Origin: a virus
Length of the DNA stretch: 64,000 bases
Virus record (IMG/VR): IMGVR_UViG_3300045988_110327
Location: 18,057-82,056 of that record
Strand: one strand, 5' to 3'
Shown here piece by piece: positions 1 through 10,533 of the stretch. Under the pieces are notes generated by a model. The model was not told where the DNA came from. It made no database searches and saw only the letters and a program-made list of their open reading frames with translations. Each line of letters opens with the position of its first letter. Positions within the stretch are counted from its first letter, which is position 1. The position numbers were made by a program, and so were the translations under genes.

Positions 1-236
1 ATCTTGCTCGTTATTATGACAGTATAAACAGCGAGATACAGAATAAGTTTAATGTTAGAACTTCATTGAACACCATAGCTTCCATAGCTCCGAATATGAG
101 AATGCTTCCAAGTGGTCAAATTATTTACGTTCAAGGTGATCAGGATGTGATGAATATGGGTGATTATTCCACACCTTACTTGAGAAGTTTAAATGAAGAA
201 GATGATGAAACTAAAAGAAGAAGGAGGACCAAATAG
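1..236 (+). CDS. 3' end of an upstream virion-module gene (partial; C-terminus ...EEDDETKRRRRTK)
   Basis: Open frame from window edge to TAG at 234-236; TAG overlaps GTG start of next gene. Confidence 0.5.
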   Translation, partial: LARYYDSINSEIQNKFNVRTSLNTIASIAPNMRMLPSGQIIYVQGDQDVMNMGDYSTPYLRSLNEEDDETKRRRRTK

Positions 237-3200
237 TGGCTTCACAGTATAGTATTTTAAGGCAATATGCCCCGTATGTTAGTCCTTACAACATAGATCT
301 TGTTAAGGACGTTATGATGTACAAACAGCAGAAGGTTGATGCTGCTCGTGAAAAGATCTATACCCAGGTAGATTATCTTATGGGTCAAGAGATAGATAAG
401 CCTGAAGCCCGTGCTTATATGGAAGATAAGATGTCAGGTGTGATTGCTAACATCAATCAAAAATTCAAAGGCGTGGATCTTTCTTCTGATGGTGTTACGA
501 GAGCCATACAAGGAGAAATAAGTTCGGTGTTGGATGATACGGTCATTAACGCGATTGCCGGCACCAAAGAAGGTAAGAGGGTTATGAAGGAAATAGAATC
601 TATAAAACAGAATCATCCTGAACTTTATTCTCCTATTAATGAATGGCATGCTTTGGATCCTTATTATAAATGGCGATCAGATGGTAAAGCCGGATCGAGG
701 CTTGGAGGTCTTCATTATTCTCCTTATATTGATTATACTAAGGAAATAAATAAATTGGTTAGTGATTTTAGGGAAAACAATAAAGGAAGGAAGATTCAGA
801 CTACAGAATATGATGTAGAGGGTAAACCTACTGGTGGAATTATAGAAGTCAACGTAGATGAACTTACTGATTCCCAGATAAGGAATTTCGTGTCTGCTAA
901 CTTATCTGAAAACATGAGGAATCAGATGAGAATAGAAGCATCATACATGGCAGCTACCAATCCAGTATTCAGTAATCCGGATTTGGTTAGCCAATACATT
1001 GGATCTTATGTCGAAAGATACGATAGGCATATAGGAGCATTGGAAGCAAAAAAGAAATCAGTAGGGGACAATAAGGATATTATTGATCGTATCGATAGTC
1101 AGATACAGGAAGCTAAAAATCAGAAAGCAGAAGCCAAGAGGGAGGCAGATATGATAATAGCTTCATCAGATCCGGTAGCGGCTGCTAATTTTGTTGTTAC
1201 CAATAATCTTTTCGATAAGATGACTGATGCATGGAGATACGACAATACAAGTTTTGAAAGGAAGAAAGATGATCTTTATTTTGCAAGATTGGCAGAGGAT
1301 AGGGCTCAGCAAAAGTTTTTGACTGACAATGCCAAGTCTATGGTTGAAATATCATTGGCGAATGAGCAGCTTGCTCAGGCTAAGATTGAAACCGAATACA
1401 TGCGTACTTACGGTTCCAAGATGGGCACTGAAAGCTCATCCGGAGGCACAAGAGGAGCAGGCGGTGTAGGAGTGCCGATGGCTCCTATGGACGGGCCTAC
1501 GGCTATCAATTCTGGAACGGGTAAGATAGGATCTGTTAATTTGGCTAATATCCCTTATGAACAACTCACATCTTCTTCCACAGAGCGTAGAGCAAATTTA
1601 TTGAAACTATATAATTCATTATCTCCTACAGACAGAAGCAATATCGTTGCAGCATCATACGAAGAAGAAAAGACTGACCCAGGATTGTATGCTAATATGA
1701 CTCCCGAAGAACGAGTGTATTCGTATTTAAAAAATAATGGAGGTCAGAAAAATGGATATTTCGGACAAGGCAATAACAGATTATCGGAAGCTTATGACGC
1801 TTTATTGGTTTCTGATTCTAAGGCAAATGGAGCTTTGAAGGTTATAAATAATATAACTGATTATCAAATAGATAATATAGTTACTGAAAAAAATAAGGAT
1901 ATTATCAGGAAAGTTCGTGATGCTAAGTTCATGAAAGGAAATTCTTTTATGAATCTTACTGATACTGATGATAAGGCTGGAGCTTTCCTACTCGCCACAG
2001 CCATAACAACTGGTGTATCCGATGCCGTAGGGTTTAGAGAATATATGATGGATCCTTCAAGAGGGATAGACATTCTTAGTGCTATATCTCCGTCATTAGG
2101 AGCTAAGGCGAGTGCCGGTAAGTTGGGGAAAAACATATCTGATGCTATTACAAGCGAGGGCAATAGTTCTTCTACTGGTACATTGGCTCTTATTAATGGA
2201 ATGAAGAAACTCAATGGCGATCCTGATTTTAATATATCTGATTATATGACCATAGATAAGGACGGTGATATAGATTTAAAAGATTATCAGGAAGGTGAAC
2301 CGTTAACTATTACCCAGCTAAGATATGCTGAGAAAAACAGTAGGGTGTCTGATATGATAGCAGGTCAGATGCAGGATGAGATAAAAATGTCCGTGTCTCC
2401 CGATCAGATTTCTGATAAGTTATCTCAGTATCATTACCTTGATTCTTACAAAAGATACAATTGGAATGCTGATTCACCGGAAAAGTCTTTACAGAAGGCT
2501 CAGTTTAGAAGATTGTCTGGTTACATGGCAGGAAAGGTAAACAATCTGGATCCTACTGCTATTAATACCATCAACATGGACGCCGAGATAGATAATGGCA
2601 CTGTCAGAAGATTTTTGACTGCTCAAGTAGGATCCGGTAGAGACTCTTATGTTACAGAAAGGGTAGAGATTACGAATGATGAGCTTCTTAAGGCAGGCAT
2701 AGATCCTTCAGTTGAAGAGCGCAATTATCCGGTAGATGGTTACAAATCAAGTTTTGGAACCTGTAATTTTGTAGATACGGGAAAGAAGGAAGGTTATTCT
2801 TATGATAAGTATCTTATACGTAATGGTCTTCCCCGTTTGGCTTCTAAGGCTGATGTCAAGAATGATCTTTATGATATAGTAAAAATACATGGTTCTTACC
2901 TTAAGCCAGAAGAAATGAATGTTGTTAAAACCCTTGTTGATAATTTTATTGACATGTCTGATAATATATCAGTTCAGTTGGAAGGAATGGATGATAGGGG
3001 TTCGAGAGAGGTAGCGGTCAATTTCTATGACAAAAGGACTAAAAATTCTAAAAATCCTGCATTGTTATTCTCGGATTTTGTTCCTTTGGATCCAGGTAAT
3101 GATGAGTATGCGGATTACTGGAATAACATTCACCAGAAGTGTCCTCAGTATTTCTTTGTAAAATACGTGAAGGAAGCTGTTCAGGAGCGTCTTGATCAGA

Positions 3201-3304
3201 TGAGGGATCCGTACATGAGAGGGATGGATATTACGCCCAACAATAACGATAAGTTTAGTAAGTTGAACGATTTTTTGCAAAAGCTTTATGGCAACAGACA
3301 GTAA
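236..3304 (+). CDS. large virion-associated protein, 1022 aa, function unknown (Gly-rich segment; EF-hand-like DKDGDID loop)
   Basis: 3 kb uninterrupted ORF; GTG start 8 nt after GGAGGA; 3' end overlaps next gene start (coupling). Confidence 0.8.
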   Translation: MASQYSILRQYAPYVSPYNIDLVKDVMMYKQQKVDAAREKIYTQVDYLMGQEIDKPEARAYMEDKMSGVIANINQKFKGVDLSSDGVTRAIQGEISSVLDDTVINAIAGTKEGKRVMKEIESIKQNHPELYSPINEWHALDPYYKWRSDGKAGSRLGGLHYSPYIDYTKEINKLVSDFRENNKGRKIQTTEYDVEGKPTGGIIEVNVDELTDSQIRNFVSANLSENMRNQMRIEASYMAATNPVFSNPDLVSQYIGSYVERYDRHIGALEAKKKSVGDNKDIIDRIDSQIQEAKNQKAEAKREADMIIASSDPVAAANFVVTNNLFDKMTDAWRYDNTSFERKKDDLYFARLAEDRAQQKFLTDNAKSMVEISLANEQLAQAKIETEYMRTYGSKMGTESSSGGTRGAGGVGVPMAPMDGPTAINSGTGKIGSVNLANIPYEQLTSSSTERRANLLKLYNSLSPTDRSNIVAASYEEEKTDPGLYANMTPEERVYSYLKNNGGQKNGYFGQGNNRLSEAYDALLVSDSKANGALKVINNITDYQIDNIVTEKNKDIIRKVRDAKFMKGNSFMNLTDTDDKAGAFLLATAITTGVSDAVGFREYMMDPSRGIDILSAISPSLGAKASAGKLGKNISDAITSEGNSSSTGTLALINGMKKLNGDPDFNISDYMTIDKDGDIDLKDYQEGEPLTITQLRYAEKNSRVSDMIAGQMQDEIKMSVSPDQISDKLSQYHYLDSYKRYNWNADSPEKSLQKAQFRRLSGYMAGKVNNLDPTAINTINMDAEIDNGTVRRFLTAQVGSGRDSYVTERVEITNDELLKAGIDPSVEERNYPVDGYKSSFGTCNFVDTGKKEGYSYDKYLIRNGLPRLASKADVKNDLYDIVKIHGSYLKPEEMNVVKTLVDNFIDMSDNISVQLEGMDDRGSREVAVNFYDKRTKNSKNPALLFSDFVPLDPGNDEYADYWNNIHQKCPQYFFVKYVKEAVQERLDQMRDPYMRGMDITPNNNDKFSKLNDFLQKLYGNRQ

Positions 3305-6300
3305 TGTAAATAGATATAATCCTGCTGCTAAAACCACTTACGAAGATGTGGCAAGGCAAAGGAAATTAGCCGAAGAAGAAAATTACACTCCGGCTACATT
3401 ACCAGAGACGACAACGCCTCTGGTTCCTAATTATATGCCGGGAGAGGGCGTGTATGCTCAACCTGAATTTCCAGATTATGCATCAAGGATAGCTGCTGCC
3501 CAGTATGAAGAACCGTATATAGCCAAGGAGATAAGCAACAGCTACTCAGAGGCACTGGCTCGCAACAGCTACAGGGGGGCTACACCCGCCCCGCCGCCTC
3601 TTAATCCCTATGGACCGAAGGTAAGTATCCGTGAAAGTCATCAGATGGGTAATGATGGGGTATGGCGCACAAAATATCCCAATTATATCCCAGGTATAAA
3701 TAATGAGGATTATTATGCCAGAAGGCAAAGTGGTTGGAGTAAGTTTTGGAATGGTGTAGGTAAATTTGCCTTAAAGTCTGCATTGTATGGGGCCCAGGGA
3801 ACTATATCATTACCCGACAAGCTTATTAATATGGCATCTGAGGGAAGTTATAAGGCAGCTTTGAATACGAACATGGATAAGTTTGTTGGTGATCTTGATC
3901 AGCGAATAGACATGCTTCTTCCACATTATTACAAGAAAGAAGTAGAAGATTACAATTTTGGTCAGAAGCTTTTTAAGGATACTGGTAATTTTTTATGGAA
4001 TGACGTCCTTGGCAACGGAATGTCTTTTACCGTAGGAGCCATGATATCAGCATACATGACCGGAGGACTGGGAGTTGGTTCATTAGGTAACATAGGCGCA
4101 AAATTAGGTGGAAGAGTCGGAGCTAAGCTGGCAGCAAGACAAGCTGCCAATAGAGGTATAGGAAGTCTCAAAAGTGTGTTTAACGACTATGTAAGGAAAG
4201 GAGTTGCTACCGGGAGGAATGTAGGAGAGGCTGCTAAGACCATGACGTTGTTGGCTACCAGTGCCGGCTTTGAGTCATCGGTTGAAGCAAATTCTTTTAT
4301 GAAACAATCCGAATCCGACTTCAAGGATTATTATCGTAAAATTTATGGTCGTGATCCTAATGCTGAGGAAATGGCTGTTTTTCGTAATTCTAATGCTGAT
4401 GTAGGTAGTGTGATATTTGCAGCTAATATGGGTATAGTAGGATTGTCCAACTGGCTCTTGTTTGGTAAATACATAGGATTAGGAGGAAAGGCTATACCAG
4501 GACTGGAAAAGAAACTTAATAAGCATCTATTTGGATTAGGGACGGAAGTTACAAAGCCAGGAGAGATGGCTATTAAGATAACCAACCCTAACATAGGACA
4601 GAAGATAGCTGGTAATGTTTTCAATATCATGAAAAGACCGGTGTCTGAAGGCTTATGGGAAGAAGGGTCTCAAGGTGCTGTCCAGAACACGGCTGAAGAA
4701 TATGTTAAGTCAAGATATGACAATGTGGCTATGAATGGAGCCGTCGATGTTCTTGATGCTATTTCTGACGGATTTAAAAAACAATATACGTCTAAAGAAG
4801 GATGGACTGAAATAGGAATCGGTGCTATTATCGGTTCTTTATTCGGCATGAGAGAAGGCTTCTTTGGGGTAAAAGAGTATAGTAATAGTCAGATATTACT
4901 GGAGAGGCAGGTGGATGAATACAACAAAGCATCTTCTAATCTTAATACGGCGGCTTTGAATACGTTGAAGAAGTCAATGAGTTTAGGTCCGCAAGTTCGT
5001 TCTGATGTTCAGTCTATGACCGGTAAGGAACTTGATGATGCTATGTTTGAAAAGATGTCTATTGATAATCAAATGGGGACCTTAGAGGATTCGGCTGAGA
5101 ATTTCAGGCAGATGGTTGATATGATGCCTATTTCAGAAATAGCTGAAGCTAATGGGATGTCTTTAGAAGAGGCAAAGAAGTACAAGGACTCTATTATTGA
5201 TAATTATAATAATCGTCTTTCTGATTTCAGATCTGCTCAGAGTTTTGCTGAAGATCTTATAGGTGATGACTCTAAGATTGAATTTAGGAAATACGTGGCT
5301 CGTAATGCCTTCCTTGGTCTTCAATCAGAATCAAGGATGAAAGACATAGCTTCTGTCATAGAAACGCTTTCGGGACAGCCTCGCGTGGCAGATGCGCTAA
5401 GTACGTTCTCCCGGCTGTCGGACAGAGCGAGGGAGCGGGCGATGGCTATCCGTGGCATACGATCAAGGATAGAAGAACTTGAATCCGAAATAGAAGATCT
5501 TGCCACCCGTCCTCGTAACGTAGATGGAAAAGACCCACAAGCTGAATCTATACAACGAAAAACCAAAGAATTGGAAGATCTTAGAACCAATTACAATAAT
5601 TCGTTGTCTGAGTTATCAACGTTAATAGGAAAAGAGTTTTCGATAGAAGAGTTGGTAAGTAAAACCGAATCTGTTTTATCATCACCTCTTTCTCCTATAA
5701 GCTCACAAGATGTAATAGAGGCTTATGATACGCTCGTGGCTTTTGATGATTATTTCAATGTAAAATCAAGACAAGAAAAGGAGTTTACAGCTAAAGATAA
5801 AGCCATGAGATCCTTGGTAAATGAATACCGTAGGAGTTTGATAGACTATAGGAATATGAATAACTTCTTGTCTAAGATGCTTGATAAAAGATTCTTAGCC
5901 GAGGAAAACAGAGGATTTTTAAAAGCGTTGTCTTCTTTATGGTCTACTCCTTATAAGGAGGATGACAAGGTTCCTGATTTTGCAGAGTCTAATAAAGTTG
6001 GTGAATATGATACTGATGAGGTGGTAGATCAGGCTATGTCAGAAGGTAAGATTTCGGAAGACGAAGCTTGGACTATTAAGGCATTTATGCACGCACTTGA
6101 TAAAGTAAGAGAAGATAGGGTGAAGGAAGCAGAAGATGATATAAAAGAGTCACCGCTTACGGAGTCTGTATCGGATGAAGATTATGAGGCTGCTATGGAT
6201 AATCCTATTATGGTTCCGGCCGTAAGGCAGTCTATAATTGATAAACTATATACAGGTAATGCCGATCTTCTTACTGCGAGAGAAAAAGATGTGTATGATA

Positions 6301-9300
6301 AATACAAACAAGATTTTGATGATTATGTATCGTCTTTAGGTGACAGTCCTATTAATCTCATAAAATCATTATCCGAAAGGGCTGATAGGCTTACAAGTCC
6401 AAGATCTGTGTATGAGGAAAACAAGACCGTTATTGATATGGCTAAATCAAATTTGGAACCAGATCAAAGGCAGGAACTTGATGATGCTATTTCTTCGTAT
6501 GTGGATATAATGAACAGACGGGATAAAGGGGAGAAAGTTGATGAAGATAAGCTTGCTGATTCGGTATTTACCATAGAAGATCTTGGCCAGGTTGGAAACA
6601 TCACGGATCTCCTTCCTTATATCGAACAAAACAGGATTATTGACAAAGGTCGTATCTCTGAATCTACGTTGAATAATTTTGGGGAGGATGATGCTAATAT
6701 AGATTCTCTTGTAAATGAATTAGACGAATCCGATAATACGCTGGGAGCTAACATAGATAGTGCCCAGAATCCAGAGACGTTGATGGTAAGAAGAATATCC
6801 AACGATGGCAATGAAAGGTATGAAATTGCGGGTCTTAGAGCCGATAAATTTATATCTTCAATAAAATCATTGGTTCCTATTCAAATAAGTTCTGAAACGA
6901 ACGCTAATGGCACTAAAAGGTATTCTCTTAACATAGGTGGAGAAACGGCTACTATAATTGAACTTCCTTATCATGCGAGATGGTCTATAGACAAAGAATC
7001 GGCTCGTGTTCTTAACCGTTACACAGATGTGTCTATTCAGGACGTGGGTAATTCCTATTCTTTGGTTTATAAGCGTCTTGATTCAGATGAGTTGGTTCCG
7101 TACAGAACAGGTGTTGGATTCGGGGAGAATGAAGTAGATAAAATAGACCAAGAAGCATTATCTTCTTTGAAAAAAGGAGATAAGGTTAATCTTGAGATAG
7201 ATGTCAATGATACTTATAATCAGTCTCTTTTTACCGAATATGATAACGCTGTTCAGTCCGGAGATAGAAATAAAATAGAATCTGCCGAAAATAAGTTGGT
7301 ATCCAATATGGTTATCAAGGTCATGAGTGGAAACAGATTCGTTTCTGTTGTAAAAGCTGACACGGGTGGCATAGATGGTATAAGTAAAATAAGGAGAACG
7401 GCCTTTAATAAGTGGAAGAAGGATGCTGGTCGGTCGGCCACCATCAACGTCGGCACACATGTTGTTGCCCAGACCCTTCCCGGAAGACCGGTGTTTAACA
7501 TGAGAGTAAATGGACAAGGATATGGACAAGTAGAGAATCTTCCTATTACCGAAAAAGGAGCTGAAAAAGTATCTGATGTGGGGTATGTCTTAAACGGCAA
7601 AGTCGCGCTTAAGAACGGTTCTAAATACACAGGATTCCCATTTGCTTATTCTATATTAAACGATAAGAAAAACAATTACAAAAATGTAAGAGTTCCGGTA
7701 GTCGTTATCAAGGGTAAAAATGGTCTTAATTATCTTTTCCCTGTTAGTCTACGTTCTGTAGAATCAGAGGAAGGAAATAAATGGATGTCTTTTATAGATA
7801 TGTTGCTTGAATCTGGTGATTCTGAATTGCTACAGATAGGTCAAGATGACATACAAGATCTCAATGCGTATCTAACCAAGTTAGGCCTTGATCCGGCTTC
7901 ATATCAGGTATCGTATTTGAATCCTATTTCAGGGCTTAGGAAAGCTCGTGAGGCTATAGAAAAATTATCTACGGTCCCTGATGTTGTTAAGTGGGTAGAA
8001 GATGGAAGTAGGAGTGTGAAAGATATTGTGACGTCTGAAGTAGAATCTGGAATAGATTTCGAAGGTGAGATGTTTGTTGCTCCTAAGATCAGGATTCAGT
8101 TTGGTAAATCATCTTCCAGACCCAAATCACTTATAGAGGATGAACTTCCTTTCTCCGATGAGGGTAAGACCATTACTTCTAAAGAAGACGTGGATGTTTA
8201 TGAAGAGGAAACGCCAGAGGAAGAGCCTGTCCAGGCGACTCAGCCGACGCCATCAACTCAGCCGGCTCCTGCGGCACAAGCTGCGCAGTCTTTACCTGGC
8301 AAGAAGCGTACCTCCAGGAAAAACTTCTCTCTTATGTTAAACGAAATAGAATCTCATATAGAAAAAGAAGGATTGCCGCCTTATGCTAATATTTTTGATT
8401 TTATAGCAAGGAAGATTGTAGGAGGCGATTTGAGGTTTCTTCGTGAGAGAGGTAATCCAAAAAGTCTTAAGGAGGAAATGGGATTAGAACCTAAAGGAAC
8501 AGTAGGTGATAAAATATCCACTCCTTCTAAAAAGGGAGGTAAGACCTTAGAAGAATATGTTTCTTGGCTTCGTTCTCAAACGGATCAGGTAGTAGCGGAT
8601 TATGTTGGTCCAAGATCTGACGAACAAATTATATCAGAGTTGAAAAACTTTTTGAAATATATTAATTTTGTTCCAAGCAAGGCTTTGAATTATTCTCTTA
8701 GAGTCAATGGCATGGATACCCTAAAAGAATATGGCACAAAAGAGGAAGTAGAAAAAATGGAATCTGACATCAATAGTTTGGTTTCTGAAGTTTTGTCTAC
8801 GGTGGATAACCAAACTGTAGAAGATGTTTCTACTGCAATAGAATCAAATAACTTGCCTGCCATATGGGGGCCCGTGGAAAGTCTTGATATGACAAACGAG
8901 GAAAAAATAGAGTTTTTGAATAACGTAGCAGATTTCCTTAGTGGCATTCCAGAGTATGATGCTGTTGTGGAGTCTATAGAGTCAGAATCAGATAATATTT
9001 TAAATGATGGGAAAGAAGGAAGTGCAGAAGGCGGTGCAGTACGCACTGAGGAAGATGGCGATAAAAAGGGAGATGGAAAAAGCGAAGGACAACCCAGAGA
9101 TGATGGCAAAGCTGAGGGAGATGTCTATTTACCTGGATCTGAAGAAGGAAGAGTAGATAACTATAGGAAGAACGGAGATAAGTTCTCTGATATTGCCGAA
9201 GTTACTTTATGGTTACTTAGAAGGGCTGCCGGCATAACCTCTATTCAAGAAGGAGATGAGATTTATGTAGAAGGAGATGAGGTTAATAATATCATGACTG

Positions 9301-9932
9301 ATATGGAATCCAGATATGGGATAGATACTATTGCCCATAATCATACAGTTAAAGCTATAAGGAGCCTCAATAACGTGTCGGGATATAAGGTGGAATACGG
9401 TTTAACCTTTATGACTTACAATCCTTTTATTAGAATATCCAATCCAAAGCAAGGGTCTAAGGTTGCAAAAGATAAACCTTATATAGCCGAAGAAGTGTTT
9501 CCTCCGATATCAAGGGTAACATCTCCTTATTTCTTGTATGGCGGTAACGAAGCATATATATCTGTTCCGGCTAAGGTAGAATCTATACCAGAGAAGATAA
9601 TAGCTCGTAATGGCATTAAATTTGGCATGAGTGTAACTGAGCTAACCAAATTAGGATACAAAAAAGCTGGTGGAAACTGGATATACAAATTCTACATGAA
9701 CTCAGGTTTGTATGATTTGTACAACATCAACACCGGTGAGGCGTTCAGGGCTAAACCCGATCTTGGAGTTAAAATAAGTTCCAGTGAATTTATACGTTCC
9801 TTATTACAATCTGGAAGAGAAATACAGAACATGATAAGAAACATGAGTCAGGAAGAGATAGACAGGAATAAGAATCTTGTAAAAAATTCTGATAATTCAG
9901 ATTCTATAAATGAGTTAAATAAGGAGTGTTGA
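3288..9932 (+). CDS. giant multidomain virion protein, 2214 aa (Gly-rich GxxxG segment, PT-rich and acidic low-complexity linkers); likely tail/ejection-associated
   Basis: 6.6 kb ORF; ATG in ATGG overlap with preceding stop; composition typical of phage internal/tail proteins. Confidence 0.85.
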   Translation: MATDSNVNRYNPAAKTTYEDVARQRKLAEEENYTPATLPETTTPLVPNYMPGEGVYAQPEFPDYASRIAAAQYEEPYIAKEISNSYSEALARNSYRGATPAPPPLNPYGPKVSIRESHQMGNDGVWRTKYPNYIPGINNEDYYARRQSGWSKFWNGVGKFALKSALYGAQGTISLPDKLINMASEGSYKAALNTNMDKFVGDLDQRIDMLLPHYYKKEVEDYNFGQKLFKDTGNFLWNDVLGNGMSFTVGAMISAYMTGGLGVGSLGNIGAKLGGRVGAKLAARQAANRGIGSLKSVFNDYVRKGVATGRNVGEAAKTMTLLATSAGFESSVEANSFMKQSESDFKDYYRKIYGRDPNAEEMAVFRNSNADVGSVIFAANMGIVGLSNWLLFGKYIGLGGKAIPGLEKKLNKHLFGLGTEVTKPGEMAIKITNPNIGQKIAGNVFNIMKRPVSEGLWEEGSQGAVQNTAEEYVKSRYDNVAMNGAVDVLDAISDGFKKQYTSKEGWTEIGIGAIIGSLFGMREGFFGVKEYSNSQILLERQVDEYNKASSNLNTAALNTLKKSMSLGPQVRSDVQSMTGKELDDAMFEKMSIDNQMGTLEDSAENFRQMVDMMPISEIAEANGMSLEEAKKYKDSIIDNYNNRLSDFRSAQSFAEDLIGDDSKIEFRKYVARNAFLGLQSESRMKDIASVIETLSGQPRVADALSTFSRLSDRARERAMAIRGIRSRIEELESEIEDLATRPRNVDGKDPQAESIQRKTKELEDLRTNYNNSLSELSTLIGKEFSIEELVSKTESVLSSPLSPISSQDVIEAYDTLVAFDDYFNVKSRQEKEFTAKDKAMRSLVNEYRRSLIDYRNMNNFLSKMLDKRFLAEENRGFLKALSSLWSTPYKEDDKVPDFAESNKVGEYDTDEVVDQAMSEGKISEDEAWTIKAFMHALDKVREDRVKEAEDDIKESPLTESVSDEDYEAAMDNPIMVPAVRQSIIDKLYTGNADLLTAREKDVYDKYKQDFDDYVSSLGDSPINLIKSLSERADRLTSPRSVYEENKTVIDMAKSNLEPDQRQELDDAISSYVDIMNRRDKGEKVDEDKLADSVFTIEDLGQVGNITDLLPYIEQNRIIDKGRISESTLNNFGEDDANIDSLVNELDESDNTLGANIDSAQNPETLMVRRISNDGNERYEIAGLRADKFISSIKSLVPIQISSETNANGTKRYSLNIGGETATIIELPYHARWSIDKESARVLNRYTDVSIQDVGNSYSLVYKRLDSDELVPYRTGVGFGENEVDKIDQEALSSLKKGDKVNLEIDVNDTYNQSLFTEYDNAVQSGDRNKIESAENKLVSNMVIKVMSGNRFVSVVKADTGGIDGISKIRRTAFNKWKKDAGRSATINVGTHVVAQTLPGRPVFNMRVNGQGYGQVENLPITEKGAEKVSDVGYVLNGKVALKNGSKYTGFPFAYSILNDKKNNYKNVRVPVVVIKGKNGLNYLFPVSLRSVESEEGNKWMSFIDMLLESGDSELLQIGQDDIQDLNAYLTKLGLDPASYQVSYLNPISGLRKAREAIEKLSTVPDVVKWVEDGSRSVKDIVTSEVESGIDFEGEMFVAPKIRIQFGKSSSRPKSLIEDELPFSDEGKTITSKEDVDVYEEETPEEEPVQATQPTPSTQPAPAAQAAQSLPGKKRTSRKNFSLMLNEIESHIEKEGLPPYANIFDFIARKIVGGDLRFLRERGNPKSLKEEMGLEPKGTVGDKISTPSKKGGKTLEEYVSWLRSQTDQVVADYVGPRSDEQIISELKNFLKYINFVPSKALNYSLRVNGMDTLKEYGTKEEVEKMESDINSLVSEVLSTVDNQTVEDVSTAIESNNLPAIWGPVESLDMTNEEKIEFLNNVADFLSGIPEYDAVVESIESESDNILNDGKEGSAEGGAVRTEEDGDKKGDGKSEGQPRDDGKAEGDVYLPGSEEGRVDNYRKNGDKFSDIAEVTLWLLRRAAGITSIQEGDEIYVEGDEVNNIMTDMESRYGIDTIAHNHTVKAIRSLNNVSGYKVEYGLTFMTYNPFIRISNPKQGSKVAKDKPYIAEEVFPPISRVTSPYFLYGGNEAYISVPAKVESIPEKIIARNGIKFGMSVTELTKLGYKKAGGNWIYKFYMNSGLYDLYNINTGEAFRAKPDLGVKISSSEFIRSLLQSGREIQNMIRNMSQEEIDRNKNLVKNSDNSDSINELNKEC

Positions 9933-9934
9933 GT

Positions 9935-10513
9935 ATGAGAAGGAGATACGAAGATACTTCAAGTCTTGTTTCTTACCAGTTGAAGACCAATCAGCAGGGG
10001 GATATAGAGGTTTATGTTGATGACAGATTTGTTGGAAACGTAAGTGAAGGAGTTTGCAACTGGAGGGATATTGAATACAAGAGCAAGGTTACTATATCTT
10101 TGAAGGGAGTAGAGAATAAGGCTAAAACTTCAAATAAAAGAGTTGGTCCTTATTGTCATATTAATAGCATATTTGGAGGAAATGAATCTTATCATGAAGG
10201 TCCAGATAGTAATATTAAAAAGAGTCCGGTTACTACTTTTATAATGTATTGCTATAAAAATGGGAATATTACGACTACCACCACTTATACTAAAAATTTA
10301 TCTGGAACTCTTCAGCCAGGTAAAACACAATTGACTATCAATTACAAACAAAGTAAAAGTCAGTCTTTTTCTGGTGGTTCTGGAGATTATGTAACATCCG
10401 TATCTGATTTCCCTTTTGTTACTGGTCCGGGAAATGACAGTGTTGAGTTCGAAGGAGAGGGAAGATTGATAGTTGAAACAGAGGCTTCGCATTATGAAAT
10501 AGAAGTTTCATAA
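9935..10513 (+). CDS. hypothetical protein (~192 aa), Ser/Thr/Gly-rich
   Basis: ATG 8 nt downstream of AAGGAG; ORF track gives alternative GTG at 9926; overlaps stop of giant gene. Confidence 0.6.
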   Translation: MRRRYEDTSSLVSYQLKTNQQGDIEVYVDDRFVGNVSEGVCNWRDIEYKSKVTISLKGVENKAKTSNKRVGPYCHINSIFGGNESYHEGPDSNIKKSPVTTFIMYCYKNGNITTTTTYTKNLSGTLQPGKTQLTINYKQSKSQSFSGGSGDYVTSVSDFPFVTGPGNDSVEFEGEGRLIVETEASHYEIEVS

Positions 10514-10533
10514 TTTCTATTTTTATAATATCT

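Noticed and set aside
7158-7630. Antisense ORFs (123-125 aa) inside the 2214 aa gene; similar nested antisense or alternate-frame ORFs at 3546-3783, 4343-4630, 5321-5590, 8140-8340, 8690-9109, 21367-21693, 23936-24316, 35920-36354, 46808-47407
   Set aside because: Fully contained in long, clearly coding ORFs on the opposite strand or in another frame. Their products are low-complexity (Arg-rich frame of an acidic region, Leu/Ser/Phe-rich), typical of spurious translations of AT-rich coding DNA.
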